From NCBI GenBank assembly GCA_963668675.2, contig CAXXMB010000002.1, positions 480,001 to 544,000 on the forward strand: DNA of 64,000 nucleotides, written 5' to 3'. The position numbers were made by a program, and so were the translations under genes. The stretch's first letter is position 1; every line of letters starts with the position of its first letter. Under the pieces are notes generated by a model. The model ran no database searches. It had not been told where the DNA came from and saw nothing but the letters and a program-made list of their open reading frames with translations. Shown piece by piece: positions 8,387 through 17,594 of the stretch. The stretch is from an uncultured Desulfatitalea sp. GTDB lineage: Bacteria > Desulfobacterota > Desulfobacteria > Desulfobacterales > Desulfosarcinaceae.

Positions 8387-10339
8387 ATGCCGGCATGGGA
8401 AAACCGTAAAAAACGCGCTATAGATCTGAACCGGTATGAGGACTCTCCAGATATAGAGAATAAAGCCCACCTGACCGAGGTCGATTACCACAAGAAGATG
8501 AACCGATGGATTCTGCTTTTCGCAGCAATTAGCTTCGCATTTTTCGCCGTCTTTCACTTTCGCCTCGGAAATAGTGGCCAAGCATTGATTTTTACCCTGC
8601 TGTTCATCAATGTGACCGTACCCACGATCGTCGGATTATGGATAGAGGATCTGGAAAAACTCGTTCTTCTTAAACGAAGCACCGGTGCCATCGGGTTTGG
8701 ACTGCTGGCCGCAAGTCTCCTTGCCGGCACGTTAAGCAAAAACGTCTATATCTTTCTGCCATGGCTGTTTACCTATCCTGTGGCCGTCACTCTCTTTTTC
8801 GGCAAGCGCATCGGCATCTATTCGGCCGTCGCCTTCACGCTCGTTACAATGTTCGCCGTGTTCATCATGCACCTGCCGCCTTGGAACGCCGGCGCCATAA
8901 AGATGTTCAAACTCAACGCGGCTCTCTCCCTCTTGAGCATCATGATCATCTCTCTGGTGGCTGAAAAAAGCCGCATCCGCGTCCAGAACGACCTGGTCGC
9001 ATCCCAAGAGGGGTACAAGGCGGCCGAAGCGCGGCAGCGTGAGGCCAATGAGGAGCTGCAGCGAGAGATTGATCTGCGCATTGCGTCGGAGAAGATGCTG
9101 GCCCAGAGCGAGATGCATTACAGGGCCCTTTTCGAAGAGTCGGCCGTATCCCTGTGGGAGGAGGACTGGTCCGGGCTGAAAGTCTATCTGGACGAGCTCC
9201 CCCAGGAGGCGGCCGATGACCTGCCCGGATACTTCAAGGCGAATCCCGACCAGATTGCAGCCTGCTGGAAGATGATGCGCATCACCGCCGTCAACCGGGC
9301 TACACTGACCCTCTATGCAGCGGACACCTCGGCCACCCTGTTCAACAATCTGCCCAGCCTCATGCCCGCTCCGGAGAGACAGAGCTATTTGAGCGGGCGG
9401 ATCACCGGCCTTTACCATGAGGGGCGCTTTCAAACCGAAATCCAGGGCCGGCGGCTGGACGGGACACCTCTGCATCTGCTGGTCAACAGCACCATCCCGG
9501 CCGGTTATCAAACAACATGGAAAAAGGTGTTCTCCTCGGTGTATGATGTGACCGAACGCATGGTTATGGAGCAGGAGAAAAAGCGGGTCGAGAGGCAGTT
9601 GAACGAGGCCCGGCAGATGCAAGCCGTGGCCACCATGGCCGGTGGCATCGCCCACCAGTTCAACAATGCCCTGGCAGCCATCTACGGCAATGTGGAAATG
9701 ATCGAAATGGACGCACCCTCCCCCCGGCACCAGCGTTTCATCGATTCGCTGCGCCGATCAGCCGACCGCATGAGCATGCTGACCGACCAGTTACTCGCCT
9801 ATGCCCGAGGCGGCAAGTACCAGCCCAAAACCTTTTCGGTCAACGACCTGATCCAGGCGCTGCTGGCATCGGACCGCATCGCGCCGGATCCGTCGATCGC
9901 CGTCAGCCTGGCGCTTGCGCCGGACATCTGCATGGCCAGCGGCGACACCGCCCAGATTGAGATGGTTGTCGAGGCCGTCTTGTCCAATGCACTCGAATCG
10001 ATGAATGAAGAGGGACAACTGACCATATCTACCCAAAACCTGCACATCGATGACGCCAAGACTGCGCAACCGGAAAACCTCGCCCCCGGCGATTACGCCC
10101 TCATCCGGGTCATCGACAGCGGCGCCGGCATGGACGAACAGACCCGTGAGCGTATCTTCGAACCGTTTTTCACCACCAAGTTCTTCGGCCGCGGCCTGGG
10201 CATGGCCGCCGCCTACGGTATTGTGCAAAACCATGACGGAATGATAACCGTTGATTCGGCTCCCGAACAGGGCACATGTGTGACCATCTACCTGCCCGGT
10301 AAAACCGATACCGGCCACCGGAATCAATCCGCTGCCTGA
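8387..10339 (+). CDS. Membrane-bound PAS-domain sensor histidine kinase
   Basis: Several TM helices, PAS-like region, H-box AHQFNN, DSGAGM, FEPFFTTK and GRGLG; start uncertain. Confidence 0.92.
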   Translation: MPAWENRKKRAIDLNRYEDSPDIENKAHLTEVDYHKKMNRWILLFAAISFAFFAVFHFRLGNSGQALIFTLLFINVTVPTIVGLWIEDLEKLVLLKRSTGAIGFGLLAASLLAGTLSKNVYIFLPWLFTYPVAVTLFFGKRIGIYSAVAFTLVTMFAVFIMHLPPWNAGAIKMFKLNAALSLLSIMIISLVAEKSRIRVQNDLVASQEGYKAAEARQREANEELQREIDLRIASEKMLAQSEMHYRALFEESAVSLWEEDWSGLKVYLDELPQEAADDLPGYFKANPDQIAACWKMMRITAVNRATLTLYAADTSATLFNNLPSLMPAPERQSYLSGRITGLYHEGRFQTEIQGRRLDGTPLHLLVNSTIPAGYQTTWKKVFSSVYDVTERMVMEQEKKRVERQLNEARQMQAVATMAGGIAHQFNNALAAIYGNVEMIEMDAPSPRHQRFIDSLRRSADRMSMLTDQLLAYARGGKYQPKTFSVNDLIQALLASDRIAPDPSIAVSLALAPDICMASGDTAQIEMVVEAVLSNALESMNEEGQLTISTQNLHIDDAKTAQPENLAPGDYALIRVIDSGAGMDEQTRERIFEPFFTTKFFGRGLGMAAAYGIVQNHDGMITVDSAPEQGTCVTIYLPGKTDTGHRNQSAA

Positions 10340-10443
10340 TCGAGAAAAATCGAATGGTTCATGTACTGCAGGGGTTATGCAGCGCTTTTTGGGAGAAGAG
10401 ATCCGCCAGCGGATGGTTGAGGTGGCGGGCCGTATAAGGGGGC

Positions 10444-12618
10444 TCAGGGGATATCTTCCATATTGCGTGCCAATACCTCTCTTGGCTTAACGCCGTCGGA
10501 CGGTCCGATGACCCCCTCCTGCTCCATGGTCTCCACAATACGGGCGGCACGGTTGTAGCCGATCCTCAAGTGACGCTGGATCATGGAGATGCTGGCCTGG
10601 CCTGAACGGGTGACGAGCGCAATGGCCTCGTCGTAACGCTCGTCATACTCGCGCTCTTTTCCTTCGACCTGCTCCTCCTTGGGTGTCTCGATAATGGCGT
10701 GGTCGTAGTCGGGCGTCTGCTGCTGCCTGAGATGGTCGATGATGCGCCCCAGCTCCGTTTCGGAGATATAGGCGCCGTGAATGCGCTGAAGGCGGCCCGT
10801 ACCCGGAGGCAGGAAGAGCATGTCTCCCATTCCAAGCAGGTTTTCAGCGCCGTTGGTATCGATAATGGTGCGCGAATCGGTTTTAGAGGAGACCTGAAAC
10901 GTGAGCCTCGTGGGAAAATTGGCTTTGATGATGCCGGTGAGCACGTCCACCGACGGTCTCTGGGTGGCCAAGACAAGATGGATGCCGGCAGCCCTGGCCA
11001 TCTGGGCCAGACGGGTCAAGGCCACCTCCACGTCCCTGGAGGCGACCATCATCAGATCGGCCAGCTCGTCGATGATGATCACGATGTAGGGCAGCGGCTG
11101 CTCCTTCTCTGCTCCCTCCTCCGCGACCTTCTGCCCTTTCTGGCCAGCCGACGCTTTGACCAGTTTCTGGTTGTATTGGCTTATATGGCGCGTCTTCTTC
11201 TCCGAGAGCAGTTCATAGCGGCGCTCCATCTCCTTGACCGCCCAGAAAAGCGCGTTTGTGGCCTTCTTGGCATCGGTGACCACCGGGACGATCAGGTGGG
11301 GAATACCGTCGTAGGCCGAGAGCTCGATGCGCTTTGGATCCACCATGATCAGTTTCACTTCGTCGGGCCGTGCCTTGTAGATGATGCTGCATATCATGGT
11401 GTTCAGGGCCACGCTTTTCCCCGCACCGGTGGCGCCGGCAATCAGCAGATGGGGCATCTTGTCCATGGCAGCAGCCACCGGGTTGCCCACGATGTCTTTG
11501 CCCAGGCAGAGGGTCAGCTTCGATTTGGACTTATCGAACGCTTCCGACGCCACGATCTCTTTGAAACGGACGGTCTCCCTGTCCGTGTTGGGCACTTCGA
11601 TGCCGATAACCGCCTTGCCGGGGATGGGAGCGACGATCCGGATGCTGATGGCGCGCAGGGCCAGGGCCAGGTCATCGGAAAGATTCACGATCTTGTTGAT
11701 CTTGACGCCGGCTGCCGGGGCATATTCGAACGTGGTGATGACCGGGCCGGGGGTGACGGCCACCACCTGGCCGTTGACACCGAAATCCTCCAGCTTCTTC
11801 TCCAGAAGCTTGGACTGCATACGCAGGCTTTCGCTGTTTACCGATTGGGGTCTCTCCTCCGGATCCTCCAGCAGCGATATGGAGGGCGGCTCATAATCGC
11901 CATCGCTGCGCATAAAATCGAACAGCTTCTGCTTGGGCGGCTCGACCTTCCTGGCCGGTTTGCGAACCGGCGGGGCCTTGATCTCTATCTCGGGCGCCTG
12001 CTCCTTGGCCTTGGCTTTGAGGGCCCGGACGCGTTTCTTGGCTTTGGTGCGCCGCTCCCGTCGTTTCACCCGGATCTCTTTAATGCGGATGAAGAAGCGA
12101 TCCACTGCCGAGCGACATCTATTGTAAAACGCAACCAGGGAAAATCCGGTGGTGAGAATGAACCCGATCAACCAGCCGATGCCGACAATGATCAACCCAC
12201 CGGTCATATTGGCGTAATGGATCAAAAAATCCTTCAACGGCAGGCCGATAATACCGCCCGCGGAAAATTTACTTCCGAATAGGTCGTATGAATTCTGTTT
12301 GAAAGCGAGAAGGCATCCGGTGGTCAACAACAGCAGAATACCACCCACGGCGATGTGCACAACGGTTTTACGCGGCTGAGAGCTGAAGAAATGAATGCTG
12401 GCCAACAGCAGGAGCACTGGAACCCAGAAGGCGCCCAGGCCGAACAGCCCCACCAGTGCACCGGCCACGTGTGCCCCCAGGGTGCCAAAGAGGTTGTGCA
12501 CCATCACTCCGCCGCCGGTGTTGTTAATCGACGGGTCGGTGTGGTGGTAGGAGAGCAGGCTGATCAGGCTGAAGACCACCAGAAAGAACAGCAGTATGCC
12601 TATTATTTCCTTTCTCAT
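10444..12618 (-). CDS. ftsK: DNA translocase FtsK
   Basis: N-terminal TM segments, GATGAGKS Walker A, DELADLMM, ATQRPSVDV, gamma domain IGYNRAAR. Confidence 0.97.
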   Translation of the reverse strand: MRKEIIGILLFFLVVFSLISLLSYHHTDPSINNTGGGVMVHNLFGTLGAHVAGALVGLFGLGAFWVPVLLLLASIHFFSSQPRKTVVHIAVGGILLLLTTGCLLAFKQNSYDLFGSKFSAGGIIGLPLKDFLIHYANMTGGLIIVGIGWLIGFILTTGFSLVAFYNRCRSAVDRFFIRIKEIRVKRRERRTKAKKRVRALKAKAKEQAPEIEIKAPPVRKPARKVEPPKQKLFDFMRSDGDYEPPSISLLEDPEERPQSVNSESLRMQSKLLEKKLEDFGVNGQVVAVTPGPVITTFEYAPAAGVKINKIVNLSDDLALALRAISIRIVAPIPGKAVIGIEVPNTDRETVRFKEIVASEAFDKSKSKLTLCLGKDIVGNPVAAAMDKMPHLLIAGATGAGKSVALNTMICSIIYKARPDEVKLIMVDPKRIELSAYDGIPHLIVPVVTDAKKATNALFWAVKEMERRYELLSEKKTRHISQYNQKLVKASAGQKGQKVAEEGAEKEQPLPYIVIIIDELADLMMVASRDVEVALTRLAQMARAAGIHLVLATQRPSVDVLTGIIKANFPTRLTFQVSSKTDSRTIIDTNGAENLLGMGDMLFLPPGTGRLQRIHGAYISETELGRIIDHLRQQQTPDYDHAIIETPKEEQVEGKEREYDERYDEAIALVTRSGQASISMIQRHLRIGYNRAARIVETMEQEGVIGPSDGVKPREVLARNMEDIP

Positions 12619-12660
12619 GCCAATTCCAGAAAAAATAGTTTAAAGTTTTAAGTTTAAAGT

Positions 12661-12818
12661 CAATGTCATTAACTTAAGGCTTTTCAGCTAACGATCCGGG
12701 CGGGCGTAAAGCCCGCCCCTACACGGTTCGTGTGTGGCAACAGAATCTATTTCTACTCATCCTTCGTAGGGGCGGGCTTTATGCCCGCCCATTGCATCCG
12801 CTTAAGTTAATGACATTA
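12661..12818. mobile_element. 158-bp MITE with IS4-like terminal inverted repeats and an internal REP doublet
   Basis: TIRs CAATGTCATTAACTTAAG / CTTAAGTTAATGACATTA; flanks AGTTTAAAGT / GGTTTAAAGT (9 of 10 match, possible target duplication). Confidence 0.75.
12698..12790. repeat. Inverted pair of GTAG-type REP palindromes
   Basis: gggcgggcgtaaagcccgcccctac (12698-12722) and gtaggggcgggctttatgcccgccc (12766-12790); 24 of 25 positions complementary. Confidence 0.85.
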
Positions 12819-13017
12819 GGTTTAAAGTCCTAAGTGACGGCATTCTGCCTGATTGTATTTATTTCAAAACGACCTGCTAAGTTCACAGTTATACTTTCAT
12901 CCCCGGAGAACGCTTCATATCCCTGCATGATGGAAACCATACCATTTTCCCGGTTTACGCCCTATTCCGTCGCGCCTAATTTTTACATTGCTCACAGGAT
13001 CGACGGGACACCTTCCC

Positions 13018-13053
13018 TTTAAACTTAAAACTTTACACTTAAAACTTTAAAAT
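13018..13053. repeat. AT-rich heptamer array, inverted relative to the array at 12637-12660
   Basis: tttaaacttaaaactttacacttaaaactttaaaat versus agtttaaagttttaagtttaaagt. Confidence 0.7.
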
Positions 13054-14724
13054 TTACACTTCTACAATAAACGGCATAATCACCGGCCTTCTTCCGATGG
13101 TGAAGAAGAAGTATTGGCGCAAGGCAGTCTGCAATCTGTTGCGGATAATTTCGATGCGTTTGGGAACTTCAGGGGGGACGTCCTCTACAATTTCCAGTAT
13201 TACACACTGCGCATCGTCGAGCAGATGCCCGGTCTCGGTTTCGAAGACAAACCCTTTCGAGACCACATCCGGTCCGTAGATGACAACACCGGTCTCTTCG
13301 TCGAAGGCCATGTTGACCACCACCATCCCCTCTTCTGAGAGCATGCGCCGCTCTTTGAGCACGCTGCGCCCCACATCGCCCACGCCCTTGCCGTCGATCA
13401 TCAGCCGTCCGGTGGTCACATGGTCCGTCAAGCGGGCCCCATAATCGTCGAGCACAATCGTCTGGCCATTCTGGGCCAGGAGGATATCTTCCCTGGCAAT
13501 TCCCTGCTCTTCAGCCAGTCGGGCATGCTGTACCAGGTGACGGTACTCGCCGTGTATGGGAATGAAGTACCGGGGCCTGGTCAGGCGCAGCATCATCTTC
13601 AGTTCTTCCTGGAAGGCGTGGCCGGAGACGTGGACGTGGGCGATCTTTTCGTAAATGACATTGGCCCCGCAGCGAAACAGTTCGTTGATGATGTTGGTGA
13701 TGGCCTTCTCGTTGCCGGGGATGAATTTGGAGGAGAGAACCACCGTGTCATCCGGTTTGATCTTGATTTGCCGATGGCTTCCTGTGGCCATCCTGGCCAG
13801 GGCCGACATCGGTTCCCCCTGGCTGCCGGTGGTGACGATGATCGCCTCGTCATCCGGATATTGGCTAAGCTGATCGATATCGATCTCCATCTCCTTGGGG
13901 ACGCTCAGATAGCCAAGCTCCCTGGCGATGTTGACCGACACTTCGATGCTGCGGCCGTTAAAGAGGATCTTGCGTCCGCTTTGCTTGGCAATGTCCACGA
14001 TCTGCTGAATACGCCCCACATTGGAGGCGAACAGGGCGATGATGATCCGCCCCGTGCATCTCTGGCAGATCATGGCCAGCGATTCGCCAATTTCGCAATC
14101 GGAAACCGTATAGCCGCTCTTCTCCACGTTGGTGGAGTCGGAAAGCAGGGCCAGAACCCCCTCTTCACCGCAGCGGGCGAATTTGCTCACATCGGTTCCC
14201 ATGCCCTGAATGCAGGTGTGGCTGAACTTGAAATCCCCCGTATGAATAATCGTGCCGTGGGGCGTCCGTATGGCGATGCCGACGCCATCCACGACGCTAT
14301 GGTTGACGCGAATAAACTCCAGTTCAAAGGGACCTATTTTCAATGTTTCCCTGGGATGGACGGCATGCAGCTCGGTATGGGCAAGCAGATCGTGCTCTTG
14401 CAGCTTGTGTTTAACGATTCCCAATGTAAACGGCGTGCCGAATACCGGTGCAGCAACCTCTTTGAGCAGATAGGGCAGCGCGCCGATATGATCTTCGTGG
14501 GCATGGGTCAGGACAATGCCCGCGATCTTCTTAACGTTCTGTTTGACATAGGTCATATCGGGGATCACATAGTCGACGCCCAGCATGTAGTCTTCGGGAA
14601 ACATCAGTCCCACATCGATGATAAACATGGTGGACTGACACTCGACAGCCATCATATTGAGGCCTATCTCACCCAATCCTCCCAGGGGAACGATCTTAAC
14701 CATCGCCCCTCCCTGCGCCGTCAT
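13054..14724 (-). CDS. rnj: Ribonuclease J
   Basis: PLGGLGEIGLN, THAHEDHIG, TGSQGEPMSAL, HVSGHA and PIHGE motifs. Confidence 0.97.
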   Translation of the reverse strand: MTAQGGAMVKIVPLGGLGEIGLNMMAVECQSTMFIIDVGLMFPEDYMLGVDYVIPDMTYVKQNVKKIAGIVLTHAHEDHIGALPYLLKEVAAPVFGTPFTLGIVKHKLQEHDLLAHTELHAVHPRETLKIGPFELEFIRVNHSVVDGVGIAIRTPHGTIIHTGDFKFSHTCIQGMGTDVSKFARCGEEGVLALLSDSTNVEKSGYTVSDCEIGESLAMICQRCTGRIIIALFASNVGRIQQIVDIAKQSGRKILFNGRSIEVSVNIARELGYLSVPKEMEIDIDQLSQYPDDEAIIVTTGSQGEPMSALARMATGSHRQIKIKPDDTVVLSSKFIPGNEKAITNIINELFRCGANVIYEKIAHVHVSGHAFQEELKMMLRLTRPRYFIPIHGEYRHLVQHARLAEEQGIAREDILLAQNGQTIVLDDYGARLTDHVTTGRLMIDGKGVGDVGRSVLKERRMLSEEGMVVVNMAFDEETGVVIYGPDVVSKGFVFETETGHLLDDAQCVILEIVEDVPPEVPKRIEIIRNRLQTALRQYFFFTIGRRPVIMPFIVEV

Positions 14725-15457
14725 GGGTCATGCCCTCTGCAATAGAGGCGCGCACCTGCTCCATCAGCGGTCCCATGGTTTTGCGTGTGTAGGTGGTCGT
14801 GTCGATCGAAGGCTTCAGCTCGATATGGACCCGGCCACCATGGATCAGTTTACGTCCTTTGGCCATCACCTGCCGCGTCCCCTGAATGGACAAGGGCACA
14901 ATCGGTACGCCGGCGCCGATGGCCAGAAAAAATCCACCGTTCTTGAAAGGGAGCAATTTCCCGTCCGTGCTGCGGGTGCCTTCGGGAAAAATCAAAACGG
15001 ATGTGCCGTTGCGGATGATCTCGGCGGCCCGCTTCAGGCTGCGCAGGGCCGACTTCGCATTGGTTCGGTCGATGCTGATGTATCCGGCACTTCGCATAGC
15101 CCGTCCGAAGATGGGGATTTTGAACAACTCCGCCTTGGCCAGCCAACGGAACTGCACCGGGAGGGCGCTGAAATAGACCGGAATATCGAAGTTGCTCTGA
15201 TGGTTAGACATGAAAATAACCGCGTCCGATGGTTGAATCTGCTCGAGGCCGCTGATCTCCACCTTGACCCGACTGATCCATAAGATCGATCGCCCCCAAA
15301 CCCTGGCCATGTGATGGATGAAATTACCGGTCTTCGGAAAGAAGGAGGCAATGATCACCGTGCTTCCAACTATCAATGTGGCAAATATGATCCACAAATA
15401 GATTGCGACAGTGTGGAAAAACGCTACCACGCGATTGTCGCTGGATTGGCTGGCCAT
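14696..15457 (-). CDS. plsC: 1-acyl-sn-glycerol-3-phosphate acyltransferase
   Basis: NHQSNFD (HX4D) and FPEGTRS motifs. Confidence 0.92.
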   Translation of the reverse strand: MASQSSDNRVVAFFHTVAIYLWIIFATLIVGSTVIIASFFPKTGNFIHHMARVWGRSILWISRVKVEISGLEQIQPSDAVIFMSNHQSNFDIPVYFSALPVQFRWLAKAELFKIPIFGRAMRSAGYISIDRTNAKSALRSLKRAAEIIRNGTSVLIFPEGTRSTDGKLLPFKNGGFFLAIGAGVPIVPLSIQGTRQVMAKGRKLIHGGRVHIELKPSIDTTTYTRKTMGPLMEQVRASIAEGMTHDGAGRGDG

Positions 15458-15512
15458 TTTGAATCGTCACTCTGTCGGTTTTCGGTCCGATGGTTCAGAT
15501 GTGCTGAAGTCA

Positions 15513-15845
15513 TCATACGCTTATCGTCAAATGGTCCAAAACTGCGTCGACGAATTGAATCAGCCAGTTTCGCTGCATCTCATTGGCATACCGGATACAG
15601 TCGCACCGGATTCGCTGTTCGGTTCGAACCAGCAGCTCACAGGCCAGTCGATCGGGCATCAGTTCAAGGGCGAAATAGTGGGGATGGCACTCTGTGTGAG
15701 CCTTCTGTTTGTCGTCCAGCAGATCGCGCGTTAAAGGAATCCAGTAGAGGCCATCGAAGCCTTCAACCGCATAACGCTCATCCAGATAACCCTTTAGGCG
15801 TTCATGATCATCGGGGCGAAGTTCGTCTATCACATATTGTTTCAT
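15513..15845 (-). CDS. Hypothetical protein (Cys-containing)
   Basis: 110-aa ORF co-oriented with its neighbours; contains CHPH, CELLVR and RCDC. Confidence 0.7.
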   Translation of the reverse strand: MKQYVIDELRPDDHERLKGYLDERYAVEGFDGLYWIPLTRDLLDDKQKAHTECHPHYFALELMPDRLACELLVRTEQRIRCDCIRYANEMQRNWLIQFVDAVLDHLTISV

Positions 15846-16136
15846 AGCATCTATTCACTAGCACAAACATCCCAAATACGCAACATATATGTAATCGAAA
15901 GGCAAGCAACAACAACGGGTTGGGGTTACCCCCAACATCCGGATGACCCTCAGGGCATCGCATCGCCACCGGTTGGAGCGAGAAAAACCCCCACATCGCC
16001 GGGATAGCCGGATAAGCAGAGCAGTGAATGGAACTCGAAACGCTGTGGCCTCGATCTCGGCCGCATGCTTCGTCTATCGATATCAAGCAGTTATAGATGG
16101 AAAGAATATCGTACTGGGAGTTGAAATGGTTGTAGG

Positions 16137-16180
16137 AAAAATTGATTGCCCCGACGCCTTCTATGGGCTGCCGGGGCAAC
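16137..16180 (-). terminator. Probable intrinsic terminator after the ferredoxin gene
   Basis: Stem ttgccccggc/gtcggggcaa followed by aatttt on the minus strand. Confidence 0.55.
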
Positions 16181-16196
16181 TTATTGGCTGGACCGA

Positions 16197-16385
16197 TTAG
16201 GTCTCTTCTACAGTGATGGCGCCCTCTTCACAAACTTCGACGCAGCTTTCGCATCCGAGACACTCCTCGGCGTTTACCGGTTTGGATTTGCCATCTTGCA
16301 TCTCGAAGACTTCCACAGGACAGACATCAACACACTCCTCGCAACCAACACATTTCTCTTCGTCCACGATGGGGTTAAAGGCCAT
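16197..16385 (-). CDS. 2[4Fe-4S] ferredoxin
   Basis: CVGCEECVDVCP and CLGCESCVEVC; acidic composition; AAGGAGAGG RBS. Confidence 0.95.
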   Translation of the reverse strand: MAFNPIVDEEKCVGCEECVDVCPVEVFEMQDGKSKPVNAEECLGCESCVEVCEEGAITVEET

Positions 16386-16461
16386 TTTGTTACCTCTCCT
16401 TTCATGTAGAATTGGCTCTAAGTTGAACTAATCAACCTTATCAGCAATACCGACAAAACCG

Positions 16462-16489
16462 CTTATACCAATTTAGGGGGGGCAGTCAA
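16462..16489 (-). promoter_or_regulatory. Sigma-70-type promoter of the ferredoxin gene
   Basis: TTGACT-N16-TATAAG with a TG extended -10. Confidence 0.5.
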
Positions 16490-16561
16490 GCCTTGTTCAC
16501 GCTTTTTTGCCGAACTCCCACAAGAAAAATATTAGACTGTAAAATTAAAATGTTGTACTCA

Positions 16562-17590
16562 TCAGTCTCCCACCGGCGCAATCGCGATATATCCGATCAG
16601 GGTATTTCGTATACCCCCGGTATCCACCGCGCCCCCTGCGGGCGGTTCCTCATGAATCAAGCGCGCCACCATATCCCGTGGCGGCATGCCGGCCAGCGTA
16701 CACAAGGTGAGTGATGCACCGCCGCGGCCCGCATCTCTCTCCGTTTCCGGATCGGGCAGGGAGACACTGCCGGGTTCGTCGGCCCGGGCCATCGCTGCCA
16801 GCGTAGCTGCCCAGGTCACCGCCCGCTCATCGTGCGCCTTGCGTCCGAGGCCAAAACAGACCGTTTGAGGCGAGCCCATCTCGGGGAGATCATCGAATAA
16901 CAGATCCCATACAGCCTTGCTGGTGGTCACAAAGAGATCGGCCGAGATACCACAGGCAGAGGCGAGGCGCGCCCATGCCTCGAGGCGCCGAGTTGTCATA
17001 AAGAGGCCCGGATCAGAAAGCCCGGCCGCTGATACCGAACTTAAATTCGGACCCAGGGCCGTTTTGCGATCACCCGGCTCACCCAGGATCTCTCCGAAGC
17101 GCGCCTCCAGGGAGCGCACCGAACCGAGATCGCGTGCCAAGGCAGCCTGCTGCTGATCGTACAGATGCGCCAGCGCCAGGAAGAAACCATCCTGGAACAG
17201 CACGTCGACGTGCGGGGCGGAAGATGCCCCCTGGGCCTCATTGCGAAGCTCGGCTCGAATCCGGTTGGTCGGCGGGCCCTGAAACCATTCAGCGGCCCCC
17301 TGCGAGGACTGGAAAAACCCCTTGAGATCCCCTGGCTTGCCGCCGTGTAGCGCCGCCCAGGAGGTAAACCGCTGCACAGCCTGCTCAAGATGCTCCGCAT
17401 CAATGCCGGAGGGGATGGACAACTGAAGGTCCCCATCATCCAGCCCCTTTTGCACCCGGGCCGACACCTGTTTTTCGGTCGGCTGCAGAACAGTCATGGG
17501 GCCCAAAGTGCCCGTAAGTGGGGCGATCAAGTTGTCGGGCAGATAGGTGAACGGAAAGTAGCAAATCATGTTAACCCCACATCGTCTCAA
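16562..17590 (-). CDS. Hypothetical protein (start may be ATG 17569)
   Basis: 342-aa ORF directly downstream of the CysM-CysRS fusion; no motif recognised. Confidence 0.7.
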   Translation of the reverse strand: MRRCGVNMICYFPFTYLPDNLIAPLTGTLGPMTVLQPTEKQVSARVQKGLDDGDLQLSIPSGIDAEHLEQAVQRFTSWAALHGGKPGDLKGFFQSSQGAAEWFQGPPTNRIRAELRNEAQGASSAPHVDVLFQDGFFLALAHLYDQQQAALARDLGSVRSLEARFGEILGEPGDRKTALGPNLSSVSAAGLSDPGLFMTTRRLEAWARLASACGISADLFVTTSKAVWDLLFDDLPEMGSPQTVCFGLGRKAHDERAVTWAATLAAMARADEPGSVSLPDPETERDAGRGGASLTLCTLAGMPPRDMVARLIHEEPPAGGAVDTGGIRNTLIGYIAIAPVGD

Positions 17591-17594
17591 ACGA

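Noticed and set aside
10699..12282. 527-aa plus-strand ORF
   Set aside because: Antisense shadow of ftsK, typical of GC-rich codon bias; no motifs.
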